A stretch of DNA of 64,000 nucleotides from Ruditapes philippinarum (GCF_026571515.1 NW_026855312.1:124001-188000); one strand, 5' to 3'. Positions 50,100-63,549 are shown, counted from the first letter of the stretch. Numbers and translations: made by a program. The notes: generated by a model from the letters alone, not told the origin.

Positions 50100-53000
50100 A
50101 AAGTATTTCTATTTAATTTATTTGGCTTGAACTTGTGTTATGCATACAGACCACCATCTTCTAAAGTTGAGTGGCTTGATTATTTAGCTGAATCCTTAGA
50201 AAATCATATTTAGAGGAAAAGAATGTATTGTTATTTAAGATTTTAACAACGTGATAATTGTTCTAAATCTTGGTTAGATCTAATGCAGTCTGTAAATTTT
50301 TCTCAGCTTGTTGATCTTCTACCTGAGTAACTTCAAGCTCTGCTACATTGATAGATCATGCATTTTCAAACATGCCTCACAAAATAGTCGATGTTTTGGT
50401 ACCTTCCTTATCCATTAGCGACCATTTTCCCGTTTGTCTTACATGCAAACTTTCAAACATCAGTGTTAAGGTGACAACGGAGTCAATTATCATTGAAAAT
50501 ACCTAAAATGAGATTTTTTGCTTAGTAGCTTTATCCATCTTTTTTGAACACATTCGTGATTTAATTTTGGGAGCAGTTAGTCCAAAAAATGTGTTTTTAA
50601 ACGTTTTATTACGTTACCTTTACCATTTTTATCTGCTATTCGCGTAACCTGTCAATTATCGATAACGCTCCGCCCGCTGTTGAGGCAACAATGAGGGAAA
50701 TCGGTAGTTCCATATATGCGTGAATTACCGGTCCATACTGGTCCATACTACTCGTAATTCATGTATCATACAAATACCGAATATCGTCTACCTTTTATTT
50801 AGCCTTTTTATAAAATAAGAAATTGTCGGCCAATGTACGTAACATAATGTATGAAACATAAATAAGCTATCGTCGGATACCCACGGCCGAACCATTAACA
50901 TTTATCATTTACTGCATGTTATGTGACATGATTATCAATCGTGGGTATCCGACGATGAAATAATTAAGCATAGCGGCAAATAGCACGACCACGGGGTTGA
51001 TTAAAATATAGTTGCTAAAATATCCATATAATGTGTGAAAATTATTTGTCTGTCCCGTTAATCTGATAGATATTACATTGAGTTTATGGACTTTGTACGC
51101 TTTACATTCAACCTCGTTTTACTAACAATGTCAAGTAAAACAACAACATTTTTATTGTGAACGCCTATATGACTTGTGGTAAGGTGTCCCTGACAAATTT
51201 CTATACCATTTTAGGTTGTCTAAGATTTATATCAATTTGGAGGAAAAAAATATATAATATCCTAGCTGTTCTTATTTCTACATCTACCATGGACTTTAAA
51301 AGACCGTCAGAAGCTCAGTTTTTTGTTATTTTAATTGATATTTTAACGGAATTTCATTAACGAATACACAGGGTGACACTGGTAAAATATAATAATAATG
51401 CTGAAATGCTGATAATAATAATAATAATAATAATAATAAACTTCAAAAGTGAAACAATTAAATACCCAGCTAGCGGTGTGCAAATACTTTCCATTTCCCC
51501 CACCGAGTGCCTCAAATTCTACCGAAAGTCACGTGACATGGGCGACCGATACCAGACGGACGATAAATCACGTTAAGATTTGAAGAAATTTCTGTTATAA
51601 ACTGATATTAATCAGCAACTTTTTAATTGGTCAGATATCACTGGGTCATAAAATGTTGTTAGAGTATGTTACCGCAACTTGTGACCCTCTCTGGTGCGAT
51701 ATTTGTGTATTATGCAATTATTTAGCGTGAAACGTAGGGGTCCGAGAGAGAACAGCCGACTTATGACACTTCGTTTGATGCGGGTTGGGCTAATTTTGAA
51801 TCGGCATAACTTTTTTAATAATCAAGCAATTAACATGCGGTTTAAAGCACGTGAAAGCGAATTCATTTACGGAGGGAACCGTGTCAGGGATTTTGTTTGC
51901 TCAATCAGCGGCTTAATTATCTTTAATTACGTAATATGTATGGTGAAAAAAGTCGCATAAAATGTTTGACGTTACGTGATATTTTTTTGAGAAAAGATAA
52001 AAAAAATTGCGACACGGTTCCCCAGATATTAAAAGTATGTTTATTTTCCAAAAGTTTGATGACAAAAAAATAAAAAAATGACTTTGATATGACGATTTAA
52101 AATTTTAGGATTTTTATTAATAATCAATCATTTACAGAGGCATTTTTCAAATATGTTATTTTTTATGATGATCCACGACATTTAATGCACAAAGATTAAA
52201 TAAATAACAATTATCACTAAAATAAGTTGGTTTAAATGACATTTATGTGAGTACCACGGAAAGTGTCTGTTGTCACCTTAAAGGTCCCATGCATAAGACA
52301 AAATTGTTCCTGTCTCTTAAACACTTTGATGAAAATTGATTTTTACTGAATTGTCAGAGCAATCCTTGTCAGAAGTAGTATAGATCTGTAGAAAATCAAG
52401 ATAACTCTATATATTTGTTCAATGATAAATTTGTGTCTGTCCTTGACATGCACCAACCAGAAAAAAACGAGTAAAGAAGGTCACCCAACAGAACTGGATT
52501 AATAAAACGTCCTCGATGCTATTAAAACAGAAAACCAGTTTCATAGAGTTAATGACACATATAATTACAACATATGGAAACAACACGTTAATTCTCTCAT
52601 ATATGATTGTAAGCGACAATATTATAATGATACCATCAATCAAAACAAACACAACCCAAAGAATTTATGGACTGGTCTCAATGAATTATCTGGTTTCCCC
52701 CTTTCAAAATACCTAAAATAGAACTCACTTATGTGTTGAACCAATTAAAATCGATTGATATTACAAGACATGTGGGTCAGATGATGGTCTCAGTGCAAGG
52801 TTTCTAAAGTTATCGGCCCATATCATTGCTCCCATACTTACCACTATATTCAATAATAGCATTCTAAACAATACATTTCCTAAATCATTCAAAAATACCA
52901 AAGTCATTTCTATACATAGGGTTCTAAAAGTGATCAAAGTAATTATAGGCCAATTTCTATACTTCCCTTGATATCACTTCTTGAACGTCATGGCAGTTCA

Positions 53001-53630
53001 CATTTAAAGCAATACCTTGAGAAAAATCATCTTCTTTACCAACGTCAGTCTTGATTCAGGTCAAATCATTCATGTCAAACTGCATTGATTAGAATTATTG
53101 ATGATTGGATTACAGCTATTTACAAAAATGAAATAGTTTGTTCAATTTTCCTTGATCTCTCTAAAGCTTATGACTATGTGAATCACTCTAATATTATTGA
53201 AAAGCTTATAACCTTATCCCTTCATCAGTTGCTTGGTTTTCCTCCTATTTAGATTGCAGGACCCAAAAAACTTACATATCTGGTTTACATTCAGAGCCAA
53301 GTTCAGTAACTACTGGAGTTCGTCATAGCTCAGTGCTAGGTCTTATACTGTTTTTAATCTATATCAATGGCCTGCCTTTGTCTATGTAAAAAACAGAAAC
53401 TGGTATTTTTGCTGATGACACCACCCTTTCAACCTCTGATGTATCCCTTAACAGAGTTGTTGAATCTCTTACTCATGATCTTTTAAATGCCAACAAATGG
53501 TGTGATTTGAATCGCATGCCTATCACTGCTCCCAGAAAAAACTAAGGTCATATATATTTCCTTAAAACCAAACAAAATCATATTTATTAAAGTAATCCCC
53601 GTATTTCATATGAAACAGAGCAAATTGTGT
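50100..53630 (+). mobile_element. Decayed CR1/L2-clade LINE ORF2 (AP endonuclease + RT), split by an insertion
   Basis: EN motifs ATLIDHAFS and ISDHFPV (~50343-50435). RT motifs NYRPISILP (52941), Q.*FRSNHSCQTAL, FLDLSKAYDYVNH, G..SSVLG.ILFLIYIN, FADDT (53408). Multiple stops and frameshifts. Confidence 0.9.
50470..52277. mobile_element. Non-autonomous TTAA-targeting DNA transposon (Kolobok-like), 1808 bp, nested in the LINE
   Basis: TTAA|GGTGACAACGGA ... TCTGTTGTCACC|TTAA, TSD at 50466-50469 and 52278-52281. Purine-purine termini with a TTAA TSD fit Kolobok. No transposase ORF seen. Confidence 0.8.
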
Positions 53631-54744
53631 GTAAAGTCTAACCCCCCCTAAACATACGCTTATTATTATTTATACAATTTTGAAACATTGTCAGAATAAA
53701 TAAAGCACCAATGGTTAATTTTCCTTTTCTAAATGCATCTGTGCATCTAACGAACAATATATGATAATTTAAAATATGCCATGCAGAGAAGAGGTACAGT
53801 GCAAATGACTGTAGGATTAATTATAAATCTATTAATAATCAATTTTTAATCTTTGATTAATCAATTATTAGTCAATTATTTATATCCCTCATAGTGGTAA
53901 CTTGCAGAGATGGGACAGATAGAAATTTACTGGGGTCTGGTAGTTGTTTTACGTTCATGCTAAACAAAAACAAACTTATCGTTGTGGTGGTACATCAATA
54001 AAACAGGTACAATTTTTACATCCGATGAACCTATGGAAACGATTGGACAACAGTCAGATCAATTCCGCTTAAAATCTTACTAACTTTGGTAGATAAAGAA
54101 TCAATCAAGATTCCGAAAGCTGTTTCGTCATGCGAAACATTTGGAACCTTCCGGTCGGACCATTCAACTCATAATTGTTGCCTCTGATAAGCAATGCAGA
54201 ACATAAACAGAGTAACATTAATTTTCGCGCTATATCCAAGCAACCGCTTACTGGTTGAACTATCCATACCAAAAGGACACGGGTATATAATTGGCATGTT
54301 CCTGCAAGATAATTTAACTGAGTGTTATGCCCCTTGAAAAGGTAAAAATGTTTTATCTTGCTCGATATTGGTATTAATGGCTATAACTTGATATTAATTA
54401 ATGGAGTATATATGTACTTGGACAAAACAGCTTTTTGGACAACACCTTCAATGAGTTCAACCTAAATCGGACAACCACTTTTTAATGACATTGACCTTTG
54501 AAGTAAAATAATTGAATTTGGCTTAAATTGGTTTTAACTTTGATTGACAGATATAATTTATGCTTTCACAAGAAAACTTGGGAGTTATTCAGGGACTCGC
54601 TCATGCTTGAAAAAATGCACGGAAGGCCTTATGACCTTTAAAATGCCAGTGTGACATAGACACCCAATAAAAGCAAACTTATCACCCAATAGACGGGCTA
54701 TAGGAATCCAGCTTAAAATAAAAAATGAATAAATAAGAACCGGG

Positions 54745-54815
54745 CTTCGAACCTTCAGCGGAGAGAGGCAAATGTTTTGAAGTCAGCGACCTTTACAATT
54801 CGGGTACGGACGCCC
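54745..54815 (-). mobile_element. tRNA-SINE family 1, head fragment
   Basis: TTCGAACC...GAGAGGCAAATG.TTTGAAGTCAGCGACCTTTAC...ACGGACGCCC. Confidence 0.6.
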
Positions 54816-55567
54816 CTATCATCTCCGAGATGATAATGAATAATCGGCGAGGGGACACGAATACCTTACAAGATGCAGACATTTTTTATGATTCATGAAT
54901 GAACCACCGATAGCAGGTTGATAACCTCATAAAAATATCTTAATTACATTTTTTTTAATTATTTTCATTTCAGATATGACAAAAAATCATCGTATTTTAC
55001 TATGATAAGTATAACAAACAACATTAATCTTCGATCTTTCTTTAATCTTTAATTTGTTTAAATAAAAGTAAACGGTACAGAACTGTCTATTCATGATATA
55101 TGAAGTCCACAAAATCCAGCCACATAATCTAGTCATAGAATCTAGCAACAAAACCTAGACAGATACACAAGAAATATGATAAACGGTAAATTTAAATAGA
55201 TTTTATAACACAAGCATTTTACAAATTACTTGGATAATAAAAAAATTGCTGACTGCTTAAAATGCATAAAGTGCATAACTAATTGTGACCTAAATTGATA
55301 AAACATACAGTCATGATTGTATAAAGTATAATTAAACATTGCAAAACAAACAATGTAACCTAGCAAATATAGCAAAAACGAAAAGCAAAAAATTATAATT
55401 AAAAAAAAATATGTTACAGCATTTAAACTTGTCTATAAATTTGCTTTATAATACATGATCATCATAACATTGGTAAGGTAAGGCATTATGGTGAGTGCAG
55501 TCCGCCCGGTCAGCTCAATAACGAGATTTATAGTTCAGGAGTCGGTGTTTGTTTCTCACCGCTGATT

Positions 55568-55900
55568 AAAAATCAAAGCACAGAAGGCAATGAATTTGTT
55601 TGGGTCTCAGAATGTCAGAAAGGTGAAGGTTGTGAGATTATAAACCAATTTGTTTTTGCTAGTGCAACCAATGCTGTTTCCAGTGTTATTACTGAAGTAA
55701 ATTGGCTATTAGGCTAATTTCAATTTAATGTTTATTTGGCTTTAACAATTGAATATATATATAAAAAAACATGAGTTGCCTCGCCTGGGATTTTAACTCC
55801 AGACCTCTTGCTTCCTAAACGAGCGTGCAACCCTTTGACCACGAGGAAGTGATAAGAAGAGCCTGAGGAAAACGACATTATTCTAAATTAAGGGTTTGCG
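55568..55900. mobile_element. Dispersed repeat, copy 2 (see 23178-23480)
   Basis: Direct homology to the gene A intron 10 copy. Confidence 0.75.
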
Positions 55901-56035
55901 ATATTTTGTTCACGGTAAACCTGGTGTTTAACCACTGATGTAAATAATCATATGACCAAAAGTGTTTTAAAATCGGTGATAAAACAAAATAAATATAACT
56001 AGCTATAAAATACTAGCTATAAATAGACTGTTAAA

Positions 56036-57153
56036 AACAAGATATGTTTGTAAAACATGTATGCCCCCTATCAGCAGCCAATTAGTCATGTGATCAGGTT
56101 ATAATGACTGATTTTTGACCTAGTGAACAAAAAATCAATGAGGGTTATCTACTGGTCATGACTAGTCACTAGGTAATACTTATTGTGACCGCATAAGTTG
56201 TGTGCAGCAATTTAATGACAACGTTATTACAAATCTTACCAAATAATATATGCATACATTTTATAAATCATGTAGGCCTCATTTATTACATCCAAGTTTT
56301 AATACTACATAAGACCTTCAAATGTGTATACGAAAAGCATTATTGGTCAGAAACTGTCTTTAAGTACAAAGTCAATATGACGCTGACCCCAAAATCAATA
56401 GGCGTCATCTGCCGGCTAAGACCAATGCACCTTCAAAGTTTGAGGGCCAACAGCTCATGGATTGTCAAGTTAACGATCGTCAATCGTTTTTACCAACAAG
56501 ATAAATATGACCTTCACCTTTGACCCCTTGACCCCAAAATCAATAGGGTTCATCTACTGGTCATGAGCAATCATCATACCAAGTTTGAAGTTCCTAAGCC
56601 TAAGAGTTCTTTAGTTATTGATCAGTAACCGTTTTAAACTACAAGGTCAATGTGACTTTGACCTTTGACCCATTGACTCGAAAATCAATAGGGTTCATCT
56701 GCTGGTCATTAACAATCATCATATCAAGTTTGAAGTTCCTAGGCCTAAGCATTCTTTAGTTATTGATCGGAAACCGTTCTTACCCAAAATGTCAATGTGA
56801 CCTTCACCTTTGACCCCTTAACACAAAAATCAATAGGGTCAATTACGGGTCATGACCAATCATTATACCAAGTTTGAAGTTCCTAGGCCTAAGCGTTCCT
56901 TAGTTATTGATTGGAAACCGTTTTTACTTACATGGTCAATGTAACTTTGACCTTTGACCCCTTGACCCCAAAATCAATAGGGGTCATCTACTTGTCATGA
57001 CCAATCATCATACCAAGTTTGAAATTCTTAGGCCTTAGTGTTCTTTAGTTATCACTCGGAAACCATTTGGTATACGACGGACGGACGGACGGACCGACCG
57101 ACAGACAGACAAATGCAAATCAATATACCCCTCTTCTATGAAGTGGGGGCATA
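56036..57153 (+). mobile_element. Helentron-associated (HINE/pearl-like) non-autonomous element with an internal ~145-bp satellite array
   Basis: 5' AACAAG...TATGCCCCC pairs with 3' GGGGGCATA. Four to five ~145-bp units (TGACCTTTGACCCC..CAAAATCAATAGGG..CCAAGTTTGAAG), a (GGAC/AGAC)n microsatellite and a terminal hairpin CCCCTCTTC..GAAGTGGGGG. Confidence 0.8.
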
Positions 57154-58039
57154 ATAAGCTAAAAATGCTGGCTCAAATCAGTATAATACATCTATACAAT
57201 TACTGATTCTTAAATGCTAAGCATCAGCGCGTATATAATTATTTTGGTTTTCAAAAACATACAAAACAATTAATAGTTTATTAGTTTCTTCTGTTTTATA
57301 TTGTCTTACACTTATTTGATTTTGATTTATTTTCGAGATCATTTTATCCAATGTTTTAATGTTAAACGACGATTACTGCTTATATATGCCTTTGGTAAAA
57401 CAGGCTATTGACACTCATTCTCACTTAAGTACGACATTCCATGTCTTCCATGTTCTATGACAATAGGTGGAAATATATATGCCCGAACATTCATGTAAAA
57501 TGTTTTAACAATTTGGTATTGTATCTATGATTTAATTTGAGCGCAAGTGTAATCGCTTTTGAGTTTGACTTTGCTAGTGACAATCGCTTTTGCATGGAAG
57601 GCGTTAGAAAAACAGAATGTCTTCAACTAAATGAAGCTTATTTCATTATTGCATTATTATAGAATATTGATAATTGCTACGCTGTTTCTTTGTATCAAAG
57701 ACCGGCTGTTTTTCTTTTATAGAAAATGCGATTTTATTTGACCTGTAATAGGAAACAGACATACGCAGTTAGAATTTCATAGATTTCAATAAATTTTCTG
57801 TGTTGAAAATATTTTACCCGCGGATTAACATAGTACATCTTAAAAGAATTCACGTTAATTTGTATTCTAAAAGCATCATTTTTTCAAAACCATTTACAAG
57901 CTATTAAAAACCGTGTGTTTGACAATACATGTATGCTTATAAATGCCACAACGTGAAATGACTGGGCTATATCATAATAGTGACTGAACTGTCACGTAAA
58001 TGGTAAAATAATAGTGGAATATTCACTGAGTACTAGGAC

Positions 58040-59051
58040 CACAGGCTGGAGTATCGGACCTGGGATGAAAATATATGACCATATTGATAATAAAACCTGT
58101 GTTAATCTTAAAAGTGTCAAAAACCAAAAAAAAAATTGTAAAAAATGACCCCCTTTAAAATATACTATAAGCTAAGAGAGGCCGGAAACTCCAGATTCGA
58201 GCCTACGAGCACTTGAATTTACTAAATAATTCGTGAAAAAATCGTTGTAGACAGATTATTCGGTTACGTAAATACTAAATATCACTTGAATTTACTAATA
58301 ATATACATACATAAGTTGGACCACTCACACCCGTCAGTAGCATCTGATACACTTACAATTCGAATTTCAAACCTTTCCACGGCATTTAGATTCCTTTCAA
58401 CGCCATTGTCAATCAGCTGTTCGATATTTTGTAACGAGTCTTCTGATTGGCCAATAGCAACGAAACCGCAACGTTTCACACAAGGATGCATAATGGCGTA
58501 GAAAGCGATTGAAAGACCGTGTAAATGTTTGAAACTCAAATCTCGTGTGTATCAGGTGCTACTGACGCTTGTGAGTGGTCCAACTTAATGTATTTAGTAA
58601 TATTATTTAGTAAATTCAAGTGATTTTGACCCGTACTCAGCTGACAAACATGTATTAGTCTATGTTTACGTACCGAATCGTTGTGCCGCATTTCTGTCTA
58701 CCAACAATTTTTTGCAAGAATTCGCTCGTTTCCTGATAGATATTTCATGAATGGGAAGGGCTAGAGACTTGGGGTCGGTCTCATTTGGAAGCTTAATACA
58801 AACGTTAAATAGTGATATAAGTCGTTTTTAATTGTCCGGCCAATTGTTTTCACAACGGCTCGGGAAATGAATCCCTTGCTCGTAGGCTCCAATCTGGAGT
58901 TTCCGGCCTTCTCTTAACTTATAGTATATTTTAAAGGGGGTCATTTTTTCAATTTTTTTTTTTTTGGTTTTTGACACTTTTAAGATTAACACAGGTTTAA
59001 TTATCAATCTGGTTATATATTTTCATCCCAGGTCCGATACTCCTGCCTGTG
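58040..59051. mobile_element. Foldback non-autonomous DNA transposon, ~170-bp TIRs, 8-bp TSD ACTAGGAC (hAT/P-like)
   Basis: ACTAGGAC at 58032-58039 and 59052-59059; CACAGGCTGGAGTATCGGACCTGGGATGAAAATATAT... is mirrored at the right end. Confidence 0.92.
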
Positions 59052-60347
59052 ACTAGGACATTTAATTCCACACTATTGGTGTAAACGCAATCATTTTGGA
59101 GTATATTGTATTAATTGTATGGTAGTAGGTTCTTTGTAGCAGATATTGTGAGAACTATCCAGTATTTTTCTTTAAATGAATAATTTCTAAAATCTTAATA
59201 ACATTTTCACAGATATTTTATTTCAATGGGATATGATAATTTATGCATCTGCAAATAAAATATTTACTTTATTATTATATTAATTGTTTAATCATTGTTA
59301 ATAAGGCCCAATCTTGCAAAAAGAATATCTGCTCCATATTAATAGATAAGTATAAGTTAATCTTAAATCATACTAAATATATTATTCAAAGTATTAACAC
59401 GTATTTCTTTCTGTCAATCCATAGCATTGATTGGGTCACTTAGGGACACTTGAAAAATCATTTACGAGTCATAAAAAGTTGTCAATATATATATCACATT
59501 TGACAGTTGAATAATATATAAGTAGACAATATCAAGTATTCGTCAATAAGAATACATTTTCTAGTTTTTCCATTGTATATATCTGGGGATTTTGTAAGGT
59601 TATTAAATTTTGAAAATAAAATGTAAGCATATTCGGTATGAAATGCATTTCCACGACTTGATTTAAATAGATATAGTTTGCGTAACTTAAATAATTGACC
59701 CCCTTCCAAGATGTTCATATAGTAAGATGAAAGAAAGTTTATTCTTAGAAATTTAATAAAATCGCCACACCAACTGCACAAATTTAAGGACCATCGTCTC
59801 GATTAGATGACGAAATTTATTTTCTGATTCTATCTAGAAAAGCTGCCATAGGGAAAACTCTAGGCTAGGACATCAGTATCATCTGTACTGGAAATATTTT
59901 ACATTTAAGATGTCGAGATACAATTAATTATGAAATGAAATAGAATTCAAATATACAAGAAAGTTCATTTTTCAGTTCTAGCATTAATTTATGAAATGTC
60001 GTGTTAAAGTGAGAATGAGAGTGTTTTTTCCCCTTGATTCTCTATGTTGTACATATGGTGTAGCGTACCAGATAAGCGGAGTGCTAGATTTTTATCTGAC
60101 CTGTTCATCATGCAACTTGTTCAATTTATTCTTCTTCTATATTTAGATTGTACATTATATTTGATTTGTTTTTACTGCAAATTACAAAATATTTTGATAA
60201 AAATCTGACTCTCCGCTTGTCTGGTTAACTACTTCATACACACTACTCACCGAGAAGCAAGGAAAAATCTTTTATATACACATATATATAGATGTATAAA
60301 CTGTTGTTTTGTTGATCAATGCAAAATATAAATATTTTTTTATCTTC

Positions 60348-62078
60348 TTATGGAAGCAACACTGTAAATTGTATATCGCCATCACCGTTGTATCTATCTA
60401 AGCAATTATGTGCACCTGGATTTTTGCATGGTATAAACACATTAGTTGTATAGTTCGGTCGATGGAATTTATGTCCTGTATGCCTCCAATGATCAGCATG
60501 TCTGTACAACTCTCTACCATATCTATTCCTCAAAGCCATTCCAGGGTTTCTTGGGGCATTTGCCCATTGTCCGTCAAATGAAAGTTTTGTAGGAGCTATA
60601 CCGCTTGAAAAAAGCATTTTGCTGTCCATTACAGGATGACCAGTAAAATCACCATATTTACCTTTGTAATAAATTGGGAAATTAACAGCATCATGTATAT
60701 TGTTACAACATTTAGGTGAGAAATGATCGATTTTAATTGGAACGTTTTTAAATGCCGTTTCAAGATGCTCACAGGCCGAACAATTTTTAAGGGAAAATCG
60801 CAAATCGTAGTCTATGTCCCAGGGGAGAATTTTCCCTAACTTGACAGCCCCTAACCCGGTACCTTCCTGTAATTCACATATTGTGCCAGTTTCCTCACAT
60901 TTTTGCATAATTAGTTTAATACCATCACTGTATAATTTTATCGCACAAGGTGACAGAGCTTTCGTCGGTTTACTATTTATCTCAACTTTTTCACAACTTC
61001 TAGTTATTGTCTCACCATTTGGTGTAATGACCTTGAAAACATTCCAATGTTTAGAAAAGGATACCCAGTTTGAACTCAACTTAGTGCTTTGGCTTTCTAT
61101 ATGGAACATAGAGTCTGGACAAACAATTGTTTCCCGGCCTGACTGAGCAATTCTGAGAAACCAATCTTCGTATAATCCACTATTTTCTTCAAGACTTTTG
61201 AATATGTTTTCCGTTAAATATGTCGTAGTTGTTATAAACGGACCTTGTATATAATCACAAAACAAACATTCATGATATGACTCATCATATCCCTCCATAT
61301 ACTTCAAAGTGTAATTTCTATACACCGACTGGAAACATCCTTTCCTCCAATGACCATTTGATTCACGGAACGCACCACCCACAGCTGTCACATTTATACT
61401 TTCTATTTCTCTAACTAGTCTTTCTAACCTTGAATCGTTTGTGAATGTATTCATTTTTCTTGCAAATAAGACATACGGAGTTTTAACATCTTTTATCAAA
61501 CTGTTTAGTGCAGCCCCCTCAGACTTATATTTTGATGTAATAATTTTTACCCCTCGATATTTATTAACAGTATTATTCGGATAACTTTCGGTGTTGAGTG
61601 CTATTAAAATTTTAAAGTGTTTCATAACGCTTTTGACTGAGATAATGAATTTATCAATCAGATCTGCTAATAAGCTTCCATCACCACTTGGTTTTGCTAT
61701 ATATTTAATCACAGTTACCAGTTCTGAAATCGGTACACCATAAGAACATTTATCAGTGACAAACCCTTCATAATACATCGGATACCCGTGATTTCCGCCT
61801 AAATAACTTTCCCCACATATATGTTCAGATTTAACACTTTGTCTTTCATACACATTTTTAGAATCCACTTTGATATCTTCAAGTATATTGTTCATGATAG
61901 AAATAGCTTTATTCAAATAATCTGAAGTCTTAGACCCACGCACGTGTTTCTTCGCGTTGTAAATGACTTTGGCCAGTGCTATAATCTTTTCTTTAGTTCC
62001 CTTTTCTGTTATATTATCCAAATCAAGGTACATAGGTAGACGTCTTGACCATTCCCGAACAGCAGGTTCAACGTATGG
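60348..62078 (-). CDS. Fukutin-related protein-like (FKRP/LicD-family phosphotransferase), large terminal exon; upstream exon(s) not found
   Basis: The 561-aa ORF extends in frame to a phase-0 acceptor (ctgacag|CCA at 62078). LicD motif EGTGLGAVKLGKILPWDIDYD, GT-A-like stem (ALNSLIKDVKTPYVLF, CDYIQGPF) and late P.NP..ALRNRYG motif. Confidence 0.85.
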   Translation of the reverse strand, partial: PYVEPAVREWSRRLPMYLDLDNITEKGTKEKIIALAKVIYNAKKHVRGSKTSDYLNKAISIMNNILEDIKVDSKNVYERQSVKSEHICGESYLGGNHGYPMYYEGFVTDKCSYGVPISELVTVIKYIAKPSGDGSLLADLIDKFIISVKSVMKHFKILIALNTESYPNNTVNKYRGVKIITSKYKSEGAALNSLIKDVKTPYVLFARKMNTFTNDSRLERLVREIESINVTAVGGAFRESNGHWRKGCFQSVYRNYTLKYMEGYDESYHECLFCDYIQGPFITTTTYLTENIFKSLEENSGLYEDWFLRIAQSGRETIVCPDSMFHIESQSTKLSSNWVSFSKHWNVFKVITPNGETITRSCEKVEINSKPTKALSPCAIKLYSDGIKLIMQKCEETGTICELQEGTGLGAVKLGKILPWDIDYDLRFSLKNCSACEHLETAFKNVPIKIDHFSPKCCNNIHDAVNFPIYYKGKYGDFTGHPVMDSKMLFSSGIAPTKLSFDGQWANAPRNPGMALRNRYGRELYRHADHWRHTGHKFHRPNYTTNVFIPCKNPGAHNCLDRYNGDGDIQFTVLLP

Positions 62079-62369
62079 CTGTCAGAATAAATAAATATAT
62101 ATTTTTTTATTATTACAAAACCTTAGGTATAAAGTATGAAAAAATGCAAAGGACAATAACTCCAAAAAAAGGTTCAAAAGAGAATTATGACTCTTCTAGA
62201 GTCACAGAACTTCTTCAGCATGAAATATAACCAAATATGACAGACAATTTCGTGACGGAAGCCGGACAGACAGACATACGGATAGACGAATAGTTGGACG
62301 GACAACGCTACGAAGGACCGGTAGGGCCATATAAACTTCACGTATTCCCGATTTCATCTTCATTAATTC

Positions 62370-62697
62370 ACAATTAAAACTTCGTGAATTCACATTATCT
62401 AAATACGGAATTCACGAATTCACGATTCAGCTTCATGAATTTACGATTTCAACTTCACGAATTCACGATTTCAACTTCATGGATTCACGATTTCAACTTC
62501 ACGAATTCAACTTCGTGAATCCCGATTTCAACTTCACGAATTCACGATTTTCAACTTCTCGAAATCACGATTTCAACTTCATGAATTCACGATTTTAACT
62601 TCACGAATTCAAGATTTCAACTTCACGAATTCACGCTTTCACTTTCACGAATTCACGATTTCAACTTCACGAATTCATGATTTCAACTTCATGATTT
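62370..62697. repeat. 21-bp minisatellite (TTCAACTTCACGAATTCACGA-like), ~14 copies
   Basis: Directly visible tandem array containing EcoRI sites. Confidence 0.9.
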
Positions 62698-63414
62698 ATA
62701 AGTGTATGATAAATTAGCTTTTTATCATCACCTCCTTAAATCAGATAATTTTGTTCCGAGAATACTAACAGTAATTTGTTAAGTGAATTGGCCTATAATC
62801 GAAAGTATGCATAACAATGAATTGATTGTACATTGATAGTATTAAGTATCAATGAGAACAAACCACGAATGAATAATATTGTATTTTATGCTTTTCACTT
62901 GATTACGCATTTATCCCGTGAAAATTATCAAAAGATATAATTTTTTTTTTTTTTTACTTTTTGTTCTACTAGAATAGTTTCTTTTTATTATTAAAACAAG
63001 CGATCATTCATATTTTTTTAATAAAATGAATAATATCAACGCCATTTAACGTTTATTGTCGAACTGATTCTTCAACCCAAGACATCTTGTATCTTATGAG
63101 AAATTCGACTATTAGGGGCTACCAGTGGGGAAAACAGATTTTAATATTTAAGTTATTGTTAAGGAAATTTCGTTTCAACTTGTTTTAAGCATAAAAAAGA
63201 AAATGTGTTTGTTTGTTGTGTACGATGTATTCTTTTTACTTTAAAAACAGTATTCTGACTCGATTTTCATTCGTGGCTACGCGACTCGTGAGAATACTTT
63301 TTTAAAAGCTCCATCGATGTAATAAAATTTCATCTTACACACAAACAAATATCCTCTACACGTATATATGGATGTTGTTTGCGAGATACAAAGTAACATG
63401 ATACGATATTACAT

Positions 63415-63437
63415 ATAATAATAATAAACTGAAACTA

Positions 63438-63497
<60 letters not shown>

Positions 63498-63549
63498 TAA
63501 TAATAATAATAAATAAATAATAAATGATAGTAATAATAAATAAATAATA

